Assembly (NCBI GenBank): GCA_963728405.1
Contig: CAVSJV010000005.1
Coordinates: 288,001 to 352,000, forward strand
DNA from: Methanomassiliicoccaceae archaeon
GTDB lineage: Archaea > Thermoplasmatota > Thermoplasmata > Methanomassiliicoccales > Methanomassiliicoccaceae
DNA: 64,000 nt
Direction: 5' to 3'
The notes under the pieces were generated by a model. The model did not search any database. It saw nothing but the letters and a program-made list of their open reading frames with translations, and was not told the DNA's origin. The position numbers and the translations under genes were made by a program. Below, piece by piece: positions 41,273 to 51,714 of the stretch. Numbering within the stretch: position 1 is the stretch's first letter; every line of letters starts with the position of its first letter.

Positions 41273-43569
41273 TCAAAATGGAAGATGGTGGCATCTCCAG
41301 CGTCCCTTCTTCCCTTAGGAAAAGGTTCAGGGACCTCGGCCTGGCCCGGGGAACGGTCACCGACGCCTTGATCACCGCGATCGTGCGCGCGGTGCTGTTC
41401 ATCGTGGTCCCGGTCCTTCTCATCGCGCTTCTATTGTCTGGAGCCAATACCGACCAGACCATCTCCGGACTGCAGGAGGTGCGGACCAATGTGCTCATCT
41501 TCGGATCGGCCCTGGTAGTGATATCCTTCGCCTGGGCCTACCACCTCCGGTCCACCAAGGCCCGCCTTCTGTTCGGTCTGATCGGAGCCGGTCTTCTGGT
41601 CGTGTACGGCTTTGCAGTGTTCCTGACCGGGGGTTTCAACAAGGCCATGGATGGTCTGGGCTGGACCCTCCCCGGGGTTATGCTCTTCGGTATCGCTTGC
41701 TACTTTGCCCTGGGCAGTGCCCTGAAGTTCGTTCGAGATTACCAGTTCTTCCGGAAAGCGCTGATCCGGTCCGAGCAGAAGGAGGTCGTCTTTAAACCCA
41801 CGCTCGGTTGGGGAGAGTTCGATCTGCGATTGGGGAGCATCAGCTCCGCCTCCTCTGTCGCCTATATCTTCATTCGGCGGGTGGTGGTGCGATTTTCGGT
41901 CATCATCCTTCTGATCGCCTGGTTATTGTCCTTCACCGGGTTCGGCTCAAATCCGGCAGAGTCAGGGTATCTGAACATCCTCGTCAACATGGTCGGGATC
42001 ATCCTGTTGGTGAGCATACCAATGACCATCTTCGCCTGGTTCAAGGGATTCTATCCTAAGGGGACCATCTCAAGGACCGTCGCCGATGTCGCCCTGTCCC
42101 TGAGCCTGGTGCTCCTGATCTTCCTGCTATTTGCCCAGAGCGGGCTGACCCAGGCCGCCCGGTCCACCGGGAGCGATTTTCCCCTACTCCCCATCGGCCT
42201 TGCTCTGGCCCTATGGGCGGCGATCGGTGTCCTCCGGGCCATCGGGGAGTACCGGGATGAGCGCCGGACCTGGAAGGTGCGGGCCGGTTACGAAGTAAAG
42301 AGAAAGAAGCAGTCCAGACTGGTTCATCCTGATTCTCCCCTCTATGAGTTCAGTCCGGAGATCGGCAAGACCAGCCGGGGACTGGTCAGCGCCCAGAGGA
42401 CCTTCTTCCGGTCCGTCACCCTGGTCGAGATCCTTCTCCTTCTCGGTCTGGGGGCCGCGCGGGCCGCCGGCGCAGATACCGGGCCTCTGTTCTCGGCGAT
42501 GGTGAATGTAGTTTCCCTGGTGCTATGGTTAGGTCTACTACTGACGCTTATTTCCTTTGGCCGGGGGTTCTACCCTGCCGGTAGCCTGGGGCGTATGTTC
42601 GTAGGACTGCTCCTCGTTCCCGGCCTTTTCTTCTATATCTTCTTTACCTTCATTACCTCGGCTGTCCAGGATGCGTGCAGAACGGCCGGATTGATCGTCC
42701 CCTTCAATCTGGTGGCCGTCCTGGTAATAGTATCCATCCTTTTCGTGGGCTTTTTACAAGTGACCGAGTTCATCGATGCCCGGAGGGCCTGGTTGGAATC
42801 AGTGGGTAAGAAGACCAAACCATTGAAACCGATCAAGAAGATGACCCGGTCGCAGGAGTTCCGCTTCCGGTTCGGTAGCACTTACGAAGGCACCGCATGG
42901 GCCCGTAAGGGCATGGTCCGCTACCTCTACTACACAACCATAATACTCATTGTCATACTGACCATCATCGAAAGCACCAGCTTCTCCATCGGTGGCATCG
43001 ACCTTTCTGGTCTGGACACCGATCTCCGACAAACCTATATCGCCATCGTCCTGCTGGCAATACCGTTAGCAGCGGTGAGGGCGATGTACGGCTTCTACCC
43101 GGCCGGCTCCACGTCGAAAGTAGCATTCGGTATGCTGGTGGTCCTGGTGGGGGCGTCCTACACCTACCTTGGCCTCCAGGGCGGCCAACTGGTGCGGGGG
43201 GGCGACCTCGGTGCGGTGAAGGCCGGACTGTCGATCGATTTCTCCTTCATCGTTAACGCTTTTCTCATCGGCTGGACCCTGTATGCGGTGACCGTCCTCG
43301 TGGAATATCTGCTCTATCGTAAGGATTGGATCGCTAACGATTATCGTCCTGTGGCATCGAAGGAGGTCGAGAACCTGCGGAAGGAGCAGAAGATAATGGA
43401 AAAAGAAAAAAAGCGAGCGCTGAAGGCCGAAAAGGAAGGCATCTCGGTGGCCGAACTGGATGCTGAGGAATCCCCCGACTCGGAAGCAGAGGTGGAGGAG
43501 GAGATCAAAAAGGAGATCGGAGAGAGCGCTGTCCAGGCCTCCAAGGGTGCCGCCAAGAAAGGGGGATGA
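41269..43569 (+). CDS. Large polytopic membrane protein with four internal ~173-aa repeats; function unknown
   Basis: Intact 766-aa ORF, about 16 hydrophobic segments, recurring GFYPxG(S/T) motif, charged coiled-coil-like tail. Confidence 0.8.
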   Translation: MIKMEDGGISSVPSSLRKRFRDLGLARGTVTDALITAIVRAVLFIVVPVLLIALLLSGANTDQTISGLQEVRTNVLIFGSALVVISFAWAYHLRSTKARLLFGLIGAGLLVVYGFAVFLTGGFNKAMDGLGWTLPGVMLFGIACYFALGSALKFVRDYQFFRKALIRSEQKEVVFKPTLGWGEFDLRLGSISSASSVAYIFIRRVVVRFSVIILLIAWLLSFTGFGSNPAESGYLNILVNMVGIILLVSIPMTIFAWFKGFYPKGTISRTVADVALSLSLVLLIFLLFAQSGLTQAARSTGSDFPLLPIGLALALWAAIGVLRAIGEYRDERRTWKVRAGYEVKRKKQSRLVHPDSPLYEFSPEIGKTSRGLVSAQRTFFRSVTLVEILLLLGLGAARAAGADTGPLFSAMVNVVSLVLWLGLLLTLISFGRGFYPAGSLGRMFVGLLLVPGLFFYIFFTFITSAVQDACRTAGLIVPFNLVAVLVIVSILFVGFLQVTEFIDARRAWLESVGKKTKPLKPIKKMTRSQEFRFRFGSTYEGTAWARKGMVRYLYYTTIILIVILTIIESTSFSIGGIDLSGLDTDLRQTYIAIVLLAIPLAAVRAMYGFYPAGSTSKVAFGMLVVLVGASYTYLGLQGGQLVRGGDLGAVKAGLSIDFSFIVNAFLIGWTLYAVTVLVEYLLYRKDWIANDYRPVASKEVENLRKEQKIMEKEKKRALKAEKEGISVAELDAEESPDSEAEVEEEIKKEIGESAVQASKGAAKKGG

Positions 43570-43672
43570 CCGGGACCGTTCTTATAAGAGGCAACATGGC
43601 AAAAGCATTAGATAGGAAGTCGCTCGAATTGAAAAATGATCGCGGACGCCAGCGAGGTCCGCGATCGGTCAG

Positions 43673-44161
43673 GTGATCGTCTTGAAGAGAAACACCATCA
43701 TCGTAATCGTCGTCGTCGTGGTCATCATATTGGCCGTCGTGGGCGTTTTTGGTTATCAGCAGGTCCAGCAAAGGGATGCCTTGAAGAACATACAGTATAG
43801 CTTGAACGGGGTCCAGGTGGAGAGCATCAACCTGAGCAGCGCCACGCTGAACCTTTCCTTGCTCTTGACCAATCCCAATTCCAATCCAGCTACCCTCGAC
43901 CGGACCGACTTCACCGTCTTCATCAATAATATTAGCCTGGGCAGCGGGCAGAACCTACAGAAGGTGACCATCCCGGCCGGGGCATCGCAGGACGTCCAAA
44001 TCCTGTTCACCGTCCTGTACAAAGGAGCGGCTATAACCGCGTGGTCCTATTTGACAACAAGGAATGCGGAGTGGAGACTAGTGGGCACGGCCTACTTCGA
44101 CACGCTGCTAGGAACGGTTAGCGTGCCCTACAACATCACCAGTACTTCGGTGTCATTGTAG
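43673..44161 (+). CDS. LEA type 2 (WHy) domain protein with N-terminal anchor
   Basis: TM, then LNLSLLLTNPN, LGSG, VTIPAG, LVGTAYFDT..VSVPY. Confidence 0.8.
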   Translation: MIVLKRNTIIVIVVVVVIILAVVGVFGYQQVQQRDALKNIQYSLNGVQVESINLSSATLNLSLLLTNPNSNPATLDRTDFTVFINNISLGSGQNLQKVTIPAGASQDVQILFTVLYKGAAITAWSYLTTRNAEWRLVGTAYFDTLLGTVSVPYNITSTSVSL

Positions 44162-44179
44162 TGAGGTTCGGCCATTTGC

Positions 44180-44501
44180 ACTGTGGAGCAGCGCCAGCCT
44201 GCTCTTCTCCTTGTGGCTCACCGATCCTGGTAGCAATGCCGCCATCGATAGGACCTACTGCACGGTCCTCATCAACAACGTCAGCCCGGGAAGCGGGCAG
44301 AACCTACAGAAGGTGACCATCCCGGCCGGCGGTTTCGAGGTCATCCCTATACCTTTCACCTTATCCTATTCCGGACTAGCCCAGAGCGTTGTGGCCGCCA
44401 TATGGAATGGCGGAGTGGAATGGAGGCTCATGGGAACGGTCTTCTTCGACTCACCGCGGGGGACAGTGAGCGCACCGTATGACTTCAGCGGGACCACTTA
44501 G
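44180..44501 (+). pseudogene. Truncated tandem duplicate of the LEA2 gene
   Basis: Collinear with 43673-44161, lacks the N-terminal TM, and shares an identical 38-bp block (43943-43980 = 44292-44329). Confidence 0.7.
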
Positions 44502-44659
44502 ATCTGGTGAGTATAGTATGATTTAGGATGAAGCTGCCCATGGGGAAAAGCATCAGGTTTCTCGCTCCTGTAACCACTTTCACCGACCTTATTGCGAGTT
44601 CATCGGCCACTCATTAAATAATTAGCCTGGCAAACCAAGGGAACTACGCTGAGGGTAGT

Positions 44660-46072
44660 ATGGTCCAAGATAAGCAGAAGCTCACCAGGGTCCTGATCGT
44701 TGCTACGGCGATATCTGCCGTCGGCGGCATACTGTTCGGCTTCGATACCGGTGTGATATCTGGGGCCATCCTTTTCATTCAGCAGGATTGGGGCCTAACT
44801 GCCAGCCAGGAATCGATAGCCACTAGCTCCGTTCTTATCGGGGCGATCATCGGGGCAGCGCTGGGGGGCTCCCTGGCCGATCGATTGGGCCGAAAATGGT
44901 CGATCATCGCCGGGGCGGTCCTGTTCATCATTGGTACCCTCGTCGTGGTCGGTTCCACCGGCCTTGCCGTCTTCGTGCCAGGCCGGATACTTATCGGGAT
45001 GGCCATCGGCCTGGCGTCGTTCATCGTCCCGATGTACATCTCCGAACTGGCTCCGGAACGGATACGGGGTGCCCTCGTCTCCATGAACCAGCTGTTCGTT
45101 ACAGCGGGCATCCTAATTTCCTACGGCGTCAACAACCTCTTCTCCGCGTCCGGTGACTGGCAGGCCATGTTCGCCATCGGTCTGGTTCCGGCAACCGTCC
45201 TCCTGGCGGGGATGTTGCTCATGCCGTTCAGCCCCCGGTGGCTGGTCTACAAACATCGGGATGCCCAAGCGGGAAAGGTGCTGCAGGAGGTGCGAAGGAG
45301 CCCCGACGTGAAAGATGAAGTCCAGGAGATCAAAGAGACCATCAAGGTCGAGACCAAGGGGCTGAAGGCCTTAAGATCGAACATGGTGAGATATCCGCTC
45401 ATCATCGGTGTTGGGCTGGCGATATTCCAGCAGGTTACCGGGGTCAACACCATCATCTACTACGCCCCGACGATCTTCCAGTTCGCCGGCCTTGGCTCCG
45501 CCTCCGCCTCGATCGCGGCGACCACCGGGGTCGGTTTGGCCAATTTCCTGGTGACCCTTCTAGCTCTGCTCATCGTGGATCGAGTGGGGCGCCGCCCCAT
45601 GCTCCTGGTGGGCATCGCAGGCATGGTTGTTTCCCTACTCGTCCTGGGGGCAGGGTTCGCCCTGGCCTCGGGGCAGGAAAGCGGAGTGATCGGTGAGGTC
45701 ACGGCTATCAGTCTCATTGCTTACATATCGTTCTTTGCCATCGGTCTGGGACCGGTGTTCTGGTTGCTGATATCGGAGATATTCCCCCTGCAGGCGAGGG
45801 GGGCGGCGATGAGCGTGGCCACCGTGGCCAACTGGGGCGCCAACTTCGTCATTACCCTGACCTTCCTGGAACTGGTGGACCTGCTGGGTCAGGCCGGGAC
45901 CTTCTGGCTCTTCGCGGTGATCGGGGTCGTCGCCTTCATCTTCACCCTGCGTCTAGTACCGGAGACCAAGGGGTTGAGCCTGGAGCAGATCGAGGAGCAC
46001 TTCAAGAAGGGAAAGCACCCCCGCAAACTGGGGGCATCCTCGACCTCTAGCAAGGCCAAGAAGGAAAGATGA
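44660..46072 (+). CDS. Sugar porter family MFS transporter
   Basis: GGILFGFDTGVISGA, ADRLGRK, YISELAP..RG, QQVTGVNTIIYY, DRVGRR, SEIFP, VPETKG. Confidence 0.93.
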   Translation: MVQDKQKLTRVLIVATAISAVGGILFGFDTGVISGAILFIQQDWGLTASQESIATSSVLIGAIIGAALGGSLADRLGRKWSIIAGAVLFIIGTLVVVGSTGLAVFVPGRILIGMAIGLASFIVPMYISELAPERIRGALVSMNQLFVTAGILISYGVNNLFSASGDWQAMFAIGLVPATVLLAGMLLMPFSPRWLVYKHRDAQAGKVLQEVRRSPDVKDEVQEIKETIKVETKGLKALRSNMVRYPLIIGVGLAIFQQVTGVNTIIYYAPTIFQFAGLGSASASIAATTGVGLANFLVTLLALLIVDRVGRRPMLLVGIAGMVVSLLVLGAGFALASGQESGVIGEVTAISLIAYISFFAIGLGPVFWLLISEIFPLQARGAAMSVATVANWGANFVITLTFLELVDLLGQAGTFWLFAVIGVVAFIFTLRLVPETKGLSLEQIEEHFKKGKHPRKLGASSTSSKAKKER

Positions 46073-46163
46073 GTTGCGGCTCGAATGGCAAGAAGGAACT
46101 AACTGGAGGATAGGACATGAGAAGTGGGCGAAGGAACGCAGGATGCGAGGGACGGGATCGACC

Positions 46164-48089
46164 ATGAACGGAACGAGTGATGGATACTCCCCCATAGGGG
46201 ACTATGGGCTGATCGGAAATCGGCACACCGGGGCCCTCGTCAACCATCAAGGTTCGATGGATTGGCTGTGCTGGCCGCGCTTCGACTCACCGTCGATATT
46301 CGCCAGGATATTGGACTCGGAAAAAGGAGGCTACTGGGCCATCCGACCCTCCTCCCCGTTCCGAAGCTCTCACCGATATGCCGAGGAGACTTCTGTCCTG
46401 GAGATGGAGATGGTAGTTCCGGAGGGAAGGGCGGTCCTGATCGATTTCATGGACATGACCGGAATGAGGCATGGTATAGAGAACAAGCCTCCTGGCCGTT
46501 TGGTCCGTCTGGTCCGCTGCCAGGAAGGGACAATCGACATCGAGAGCGTGTGCCAGCCTCGTCCCAACTACGCTCTGACCGAGCCCTCCTTCGAGGTGGG
46601 TGGCATCGATGTCCGCATCGGGCCGTTCTCGTTGACTGGACCGGGGAGCTGGAATGTCGATGAGAGAATGGGAATGGTGGTAAGCAACCATCGGTTGAGC
46701 AGCGGGGACGAGATAGCGTTCACCCTGAATTCTTTCGACGGCAATGTCACGTCCTATGGCTCGCCCGGCCAGGCTCTGAGAGCGACCCTCGGCTATTGGC
46801 GAAAATGGGCCAGTAAGTGCTCTTACGAGGGGCCGTACCGGGATGCGGTCGTCCGCAGTGCCCTGACCCTTCAGATGATGACCTATGCCCCTTCCGGGGC
46901 CATCGTGGCCGCCCCCACCACCTCGCTCCCGGAAATGATCGGTGGACAGTTGAACTGGGACTATCGGTACACCTGGATCCGCGACGGCTCCTTTTCTCTG
47001 TACGCCCTGCTGCTATCCGGGTACCTCGACGACGAGCAGGCCTTCATCCACTGGCTGAAGGGCCTCAGAGGGCCGGAACTGAAGATCCTCTATCCGATAA
47101 CATCTGACGGGGACACCACCGAAAGGACGCTGGACCATCTGAGCGGCTACATGAACTCGCGGCCGGTGCGGATCGGTAATGACGCCGCCAATCAGGTGCA
47201 GCTGGACATATATGGTGAGCTGGCGAGTGAACTATATTTCGCCTGGCGCATCGGCATACTGACCTCTGATGAGGGCGGATACCGGATAAGGGCCATCATG
47301 GATTGGGTATGCGATCACTGGCATGAGCCCGATAGCGGCCTATGGGAGGTCCGGGGTGGTCTCCGCCATTTCGTTTACGGCAAGGCCATGCTGTGGTACG
47401 CGCTCAAGTGCGGGGTGGAGGTCTTTGAGGAGCTCGGCCTTCAAGGTGATGTCCAACGCTGGCGTCAGGAGCGCGATGCGATCTTCAATGAAGTGATGGC
47501 CAAGGGATGGAGCGACAAGCTAGGGGCCTTCAAACAGTCCTACGAGGACGAGACCCTCGACGCGGCCAATCTAATGCTGCCTATCATCGGCTTCATCGAC
47601 GGGAAGGACCCTCGAATGCTGTCCACCATCGATGCCACCTTGGAACACCTGGTGGTAAATGGGCTCTGCTACAGGTATAATGACGCCCCCGTGGGGCTCA
47701 GCGGTAAAGAATCAGCCTTCACCTTGTGTACATTCTGGCTGATCAACGCCCTGGTCCTGGCCGGCCGCGTTGAGGAGGGAAAGAAGATACTGGATGGCAT
47801 CCTGGCTCGGGCAAGCCCTCTGGGACTCTTCGCCGAAGAGATCGATCCAGGGACCGGTGCTCAGATAGGCAACTTTCCCCAGGCCTTCTCTCACCTAGGG
47901 GTCATCAATTCCGCGGTTACACTGGCCCATGTCGGAAAGGTCGGGAATGTCAGCCACCGCAATGCCCGAAGGGCTCACCTGACCAATTATGCGAGGACAT
48001 CCTTCGAGAAGGAGGTCCTCGAACGGCTCCGGGAGCAGGTGGCGGCAGGGGTGAGCATGTACCGATGGGGCGGCCAATCGGACCGTTAG
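46164..48089 (+). CDS. Glycoside hydrolase family 15 (trehalase/glucoamylase-like)
   Basis: PIGDYGLIGN, WLCWPRFDSPS, AAPTTSLPE, NWDYRYTWIRD, GLWEVRG, LFAEE, GNFPQAFSH. Confidence 0.92.
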   Translation: MNGTSDGYSPIGDYGLIGNRHTGALVNHQGSMDWLCWPRFDSPSIFARILDSEKGGYWAIRPSSPFRSSHRYAEETSVLEMEMVVPEGRAVLIDFMDMTGMRHGIENKPPGRLVRLVRCQEGTIDIESVCQPRPNYALTEPSFEVGGIDVRIGPFSLTGPGSWNVDERMGMVVSNHRLSSGDEIAFTLNSFDGNVTSYGSPGQALRATLGYWRKWASKCSYEGPYRDAVVRSALTLQMMTYAPSGAIVAAPTTSLPEMIGGQLNWDYRYTWIRDGSFSLYALLLSGYLDDEQAFIHWLKGLRGPELKILYPITSDGDTTERTLDHLSGYMNSRPVRIGNDAANQVQLDIYGELASELYFAWRIGILTSDEGGYRIRAIMDWVCDHWHEPDSGLWEVRGGLRHFVYGKAMLWYALKCGVEVFEELGLQGDVQRWRQERDAIFNEVMAKGWSDKLGAFKQSYEDETLDAANLMLPIIGFIDGKDPRMLSTIDATLEHLVVNGLCYRYNDAPVGLSGKESAFTLCTFWLINALVLAGRVEEGKKILDGILARASPLGLFAEEIDPGTGAQIGNFPQAFSHLGVINSAVTLAHVGKVGNVSHRNARRAHLTNYARTSFEKEVLERLREQVAAGVSMYRWGGQSDR

Positions 48090-48111
48090 GAGAGGAGCGA
48101 CCCTGCTGCCA

Positions 48112-49406
48112 TCAAGGGTCCTTTCTAGCGCTCGGTAGCGGTACTAGATTGGTCCCGTAGCTCAGGAGGAAGGCCGTGACGATCGCGATGGCTATTATCG
48201 GGGCCATGCGTATGTCGAACATGGTCTGGACGATCAAGGTCATGGCGATGGGGGCCCGCAGCAGCACGACCGAGACGCCCGCCATCAAACACGCCATGCA
48301 TACTACCTCGGGGATGAACGGTAGGAGAATGTGGATGGCCAAACCCAGGGAGGCCCCCATGAAGAACGATGGAAAGATGTAGCCACCGGACCAGCCGAAC
48401 GATAGGCACATGGCCGTGAGGAACACCTTCACCAGGCCGAGGGCGATGAGCATGACGACCCCCAGCACGGCCGCCTGGTCTATCAGGGGTTGGATCTGTT
48501 TGTCGCCGTCGAACAAGGTTAGAGGGAAGATCGCTCCCACCACTCCAAGGATCAGGCCGGCCAGCATGGCCAGCTCGATGGGATGGGATGCTAGTGGCCG
48601 GGTGACCCTCTTCAACCCTCTGTAGAGATAGATGAAAAGGAGGCCGACCAGCCCACCGATGAGGCCCAGGACCACCGCATAAAGGAGCTGAACGACCTGG
48701 ATGTCCCTCGTAGGCAGGGAATTTGTACAGACCTCCGAAGACATAACCGGTCAGGGCAAAGAAGATCGCATAGCCGACCGCTGCGGCCACCAGGCCGGGG
48801 AGCAGAAGCTTCCAGCTCAGCTTCCCCGTCTCCAGGCCGGGCTCGATGGTAAGCATGGCCATGCCGAACGGAGAATTGAGAAATGCTCCGAAGAAACCGC
48901 TGATGCTCGCATAAGTAAGCACCCCTTCCACAAGTTTAGGCAGTTTCCTTCGCTCCGCCAACCAGCTACCCAGGGCCCCGCTGCCCCCGGTCATCGGCCC
49001 CTCCGGGCCGATCGACCCCCCGAAGATCAGGCCGACCAACCCTCGAATCAGACCGGCGAACCCGCTGCGGGGGGAGATACGCAGTGTCTCCTGGAACTCA
49101 TTGAACTCCTCCATGAGCAGCCGTGGCTTTGACCTAGAATAATGGGTAACTAATCCGACCAGGAGCCCGCCGAGCGTACAGAGCACGATGGTGAAGATCG
49201 CCGAGTCCGTGCCATAGGAAAGGCCGAAGGCATGGGCCAGATCCCCCCAGATGAACTGGATGCCGTACTGGAACACAATGGCAAAGATAAGGAAGAGAAA
49301 TACGGCCGGTACGGAGAAGATGGCGGACACCACCAGCAATTTGTAGAACGGCCTGCTCCTGATGCTGATCCGTTCCGCCCCTTCGCCTCCCTTCCATCTG
49401 GAACAT
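48112..49406 (-). CDS. ClC chloride channel family protein (frameshifts near 49370 and 48710)
   Basis: GGSIGPEGP, SGFFGAFLNSP, GWSGGYIFPSFFMG, many TMs. Confidence 0.8.
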
Positions 49407-49569
49407 CCCGGCCCTAACGAAGGCCCAGACCGATAATATTCATTATCTTCTGAGATAAAGCTTCCCTACCGAAGATAGCTCGCCGGACCCCAACCTCCTC
49501 CGATATCGAATCCACTATGGTCGGCTGGAGGTCTCCCCTCGGTTAAAATATCGGTAGCGTCCCTAGGTC

Positions 49570-50887
49570 ATGGTAGGACCATCGGAGCCGATTGACTTGG
49601 CCATTTACCAGATGATGATAAAGCCGGGCGGCCCGGCCTGCAACCTCGATTGCAAATACTGCTTCTATCTCCCGAAGGACAAGCTGTTCCCTCCTGGCGA
49701 CCGGAGAATGTCCGAACGAACCCTGGAAGAGCTCACCCGTCAGTACATCGGATCCCAGGAGGGCAAGGTGATATCCTTCGCCTGGCAGGGGGGCGAGCCC
49801 ACCCTGATGGGCCAGGAGTTCTTCCAGAAGGCCTTGGAGCTCCAGGACAAGTACCGGCGCCCGGGTATGATCATCGAGAACACCCTGCAGACCAACGGGA
49901 CGCTGTTGGACGACCAGTGGTGCCGGTTCCTGCATGACAACCGCTTCCTGGTCGGTCTCAGTGTTGACGGCCCCAGGCGCCCTGCACGACATCTATCGGA
50001 GGGACAAGAAGGGAAGGCCGACCTCGGACAAGGTCATCCAGGCGTCGAGACTGCTCCGTAAGCACCAGGTGGAGTTCAACACCCTCACGGTGGTCAATCG
50101 TCAGAACGCCCGCCACCCGCTGCAGGTGTATCGGTTCCTTAGAAATGTTATCGGGGCCCGGTACATGCAGTTCATACCCTGCGTCGAACCCAAGGGCTTC
50201 GAGAACATCCCACCCCAACAATGGGACCCCGCTACGCTTCCGTTCCTCGACGATCCTGCGGGCCGCCCGGGGACCGAGCGGTCGGTGGTGACCGAGTGGT
50301 CGGTGGACCCGGAAGACTACGGCTCCTTCCTTACCGCCATATTCGACGAATGGGTAAGGAAGGATGTGGGACGGGTCTTCGTGATCAACTTCGAGGTGGC
50401 GGTGGGAGCATGGATGGGTCTTCCTGCGTCCGCTTGCACTTTCTCGAAGAGCTGTGGTCGGGCCCTAGCGATCGAACATGATGGAAGCGTCTATTCCTGT
50501 GACCACTACGTTTACCCCGAGTACCGATTGGGCGATATCGGCCATAATGACCTCGGAGGCTTGGTGACCTCGGACCGCCAGGTCCGCTTCGGCAAGGAGA
50601 AGCAGGAGAGCCTTCCTCGATACTGCCGAGAATGTCCGGTTCATTTCGCTTGTCGGGGAGAATGCCCCAAGAACCGGCTCCTACGGACGCCCGATGGGGA
50701 ACCCAACCTGAACTATCTGTGCAAAGGTCTCTTCCAGTTCTTCACTACCGTCGATCCGTGGCTGGCGAAAATGGCCAATGAGATCCGGGCTGGCCGGGAT
50801 GCCGGTAACGTAATGATGCTCACAAATGGCAAGACCCCAGGCCCGAAACGGGTGCTGCCCTGTGACCGGGGCAAAAAGGGGAAGTGA
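49570..50887 (+). CDS. Anaerobic sulfatase-maturating radical SAM enzyme (anSME; frameshift near 49975)
   Basis: KPGGPACNLDCKYCFY, WQGGEPTL, QTNG, SVDGP, SCDHYVYP, SPASM cysteines CRECPVHFACRGECPK. Confidence 0.9.
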
Positions 50888-50966
50888 GTCGCCCCATCCA
50901 TTCGGATCCGTAAAGCTGGTCTCTGGATGCCCACCTCTTCATAAGATGATCTACCTTAAGGATGGC

Positions 50967-51437
50967 CTAGATATTGAGGTGAGTCTTCAGATCGGCTAGG
51001 AATATTTTCTCTTCTTCGGTCTCGGTCTGTTTTGAGCTGAACATGTGGCGGCCCGAGGACCCCGCGATGCTTTCCCCGAGGCCGTAGAGGAAGCTCTTGG
51101 TCTGCGTTCCGGCAATGCCCTCGTTGTCGAGAAGGGGCACAACCTCGTCCACGCTCTTCATGACCTTGCTAGAATCTAGCTTGTTGATGTCGATCTTCTG
51201 CCGGTGCTGCCCCCTCATGTGGCTGAACTCGCCGATGATGCCTTCGACCAGGGGGTTGCCCTTGTAGGTGGTCTCGGACAGGTGCATATATTTGGCCACG
51301 GCCTCGCTCTCCCGGAGGGATGAGGTCAGACCCAGGCCCCCCGCCTTCATCGCCTCTTCCATGATCATCTGGGCGACCGGCACGATCTTTCCAAGCAATG
51401 GGCTCAGGTCCGCTTTTTGGGTTGTGCTCGTTTCCAT
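50967..51437 (-). CDS. Hypothetical helical protein
   Basis: 156-aa ORF with plausible codon usage and a GGAG SD upstream. No family recognised. Confidence 0.6.
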   Translation of the reverse strand: METSTTQKADLSPLLGKIVPVAQMIMEEAMKAGGLGLTSSLRESEAVAKYMHLSETTYKGNPLVEGIIGEFSHMRGQHRQKIDINKLDSSKVMKSVDEVVPLLDNEGIAGTQTKSFLYGLGESIAGSSGRHMFSSKQTETEEEKIFLADLKTHLNI

Positions 51438-51714
51438 CGACAGCGCTCCTTTTCTGTCCGACAGTGTGGAGTGGACCTGGTATTACTACCTATGGCGGCC
51501 TTACCCATCACCAGCCCTGACCTATCTCCGAAGAAAATCGGGGACCGTTCCGGTCCAGGCATGTCCCCACCTATACGGTGGCCACCAGCTGCTTATATCA
51601 GAAGCTCCAAAGGCAAGTTTGGTAAGAGCAGCCTAGGCTAGTCTGAGGCAGGGGTCGACCGTTGATAGGTTCAAAGCTCGAGGGGCAGGGTAAGGGAATA
51701 TCGACGTCGGAGAC

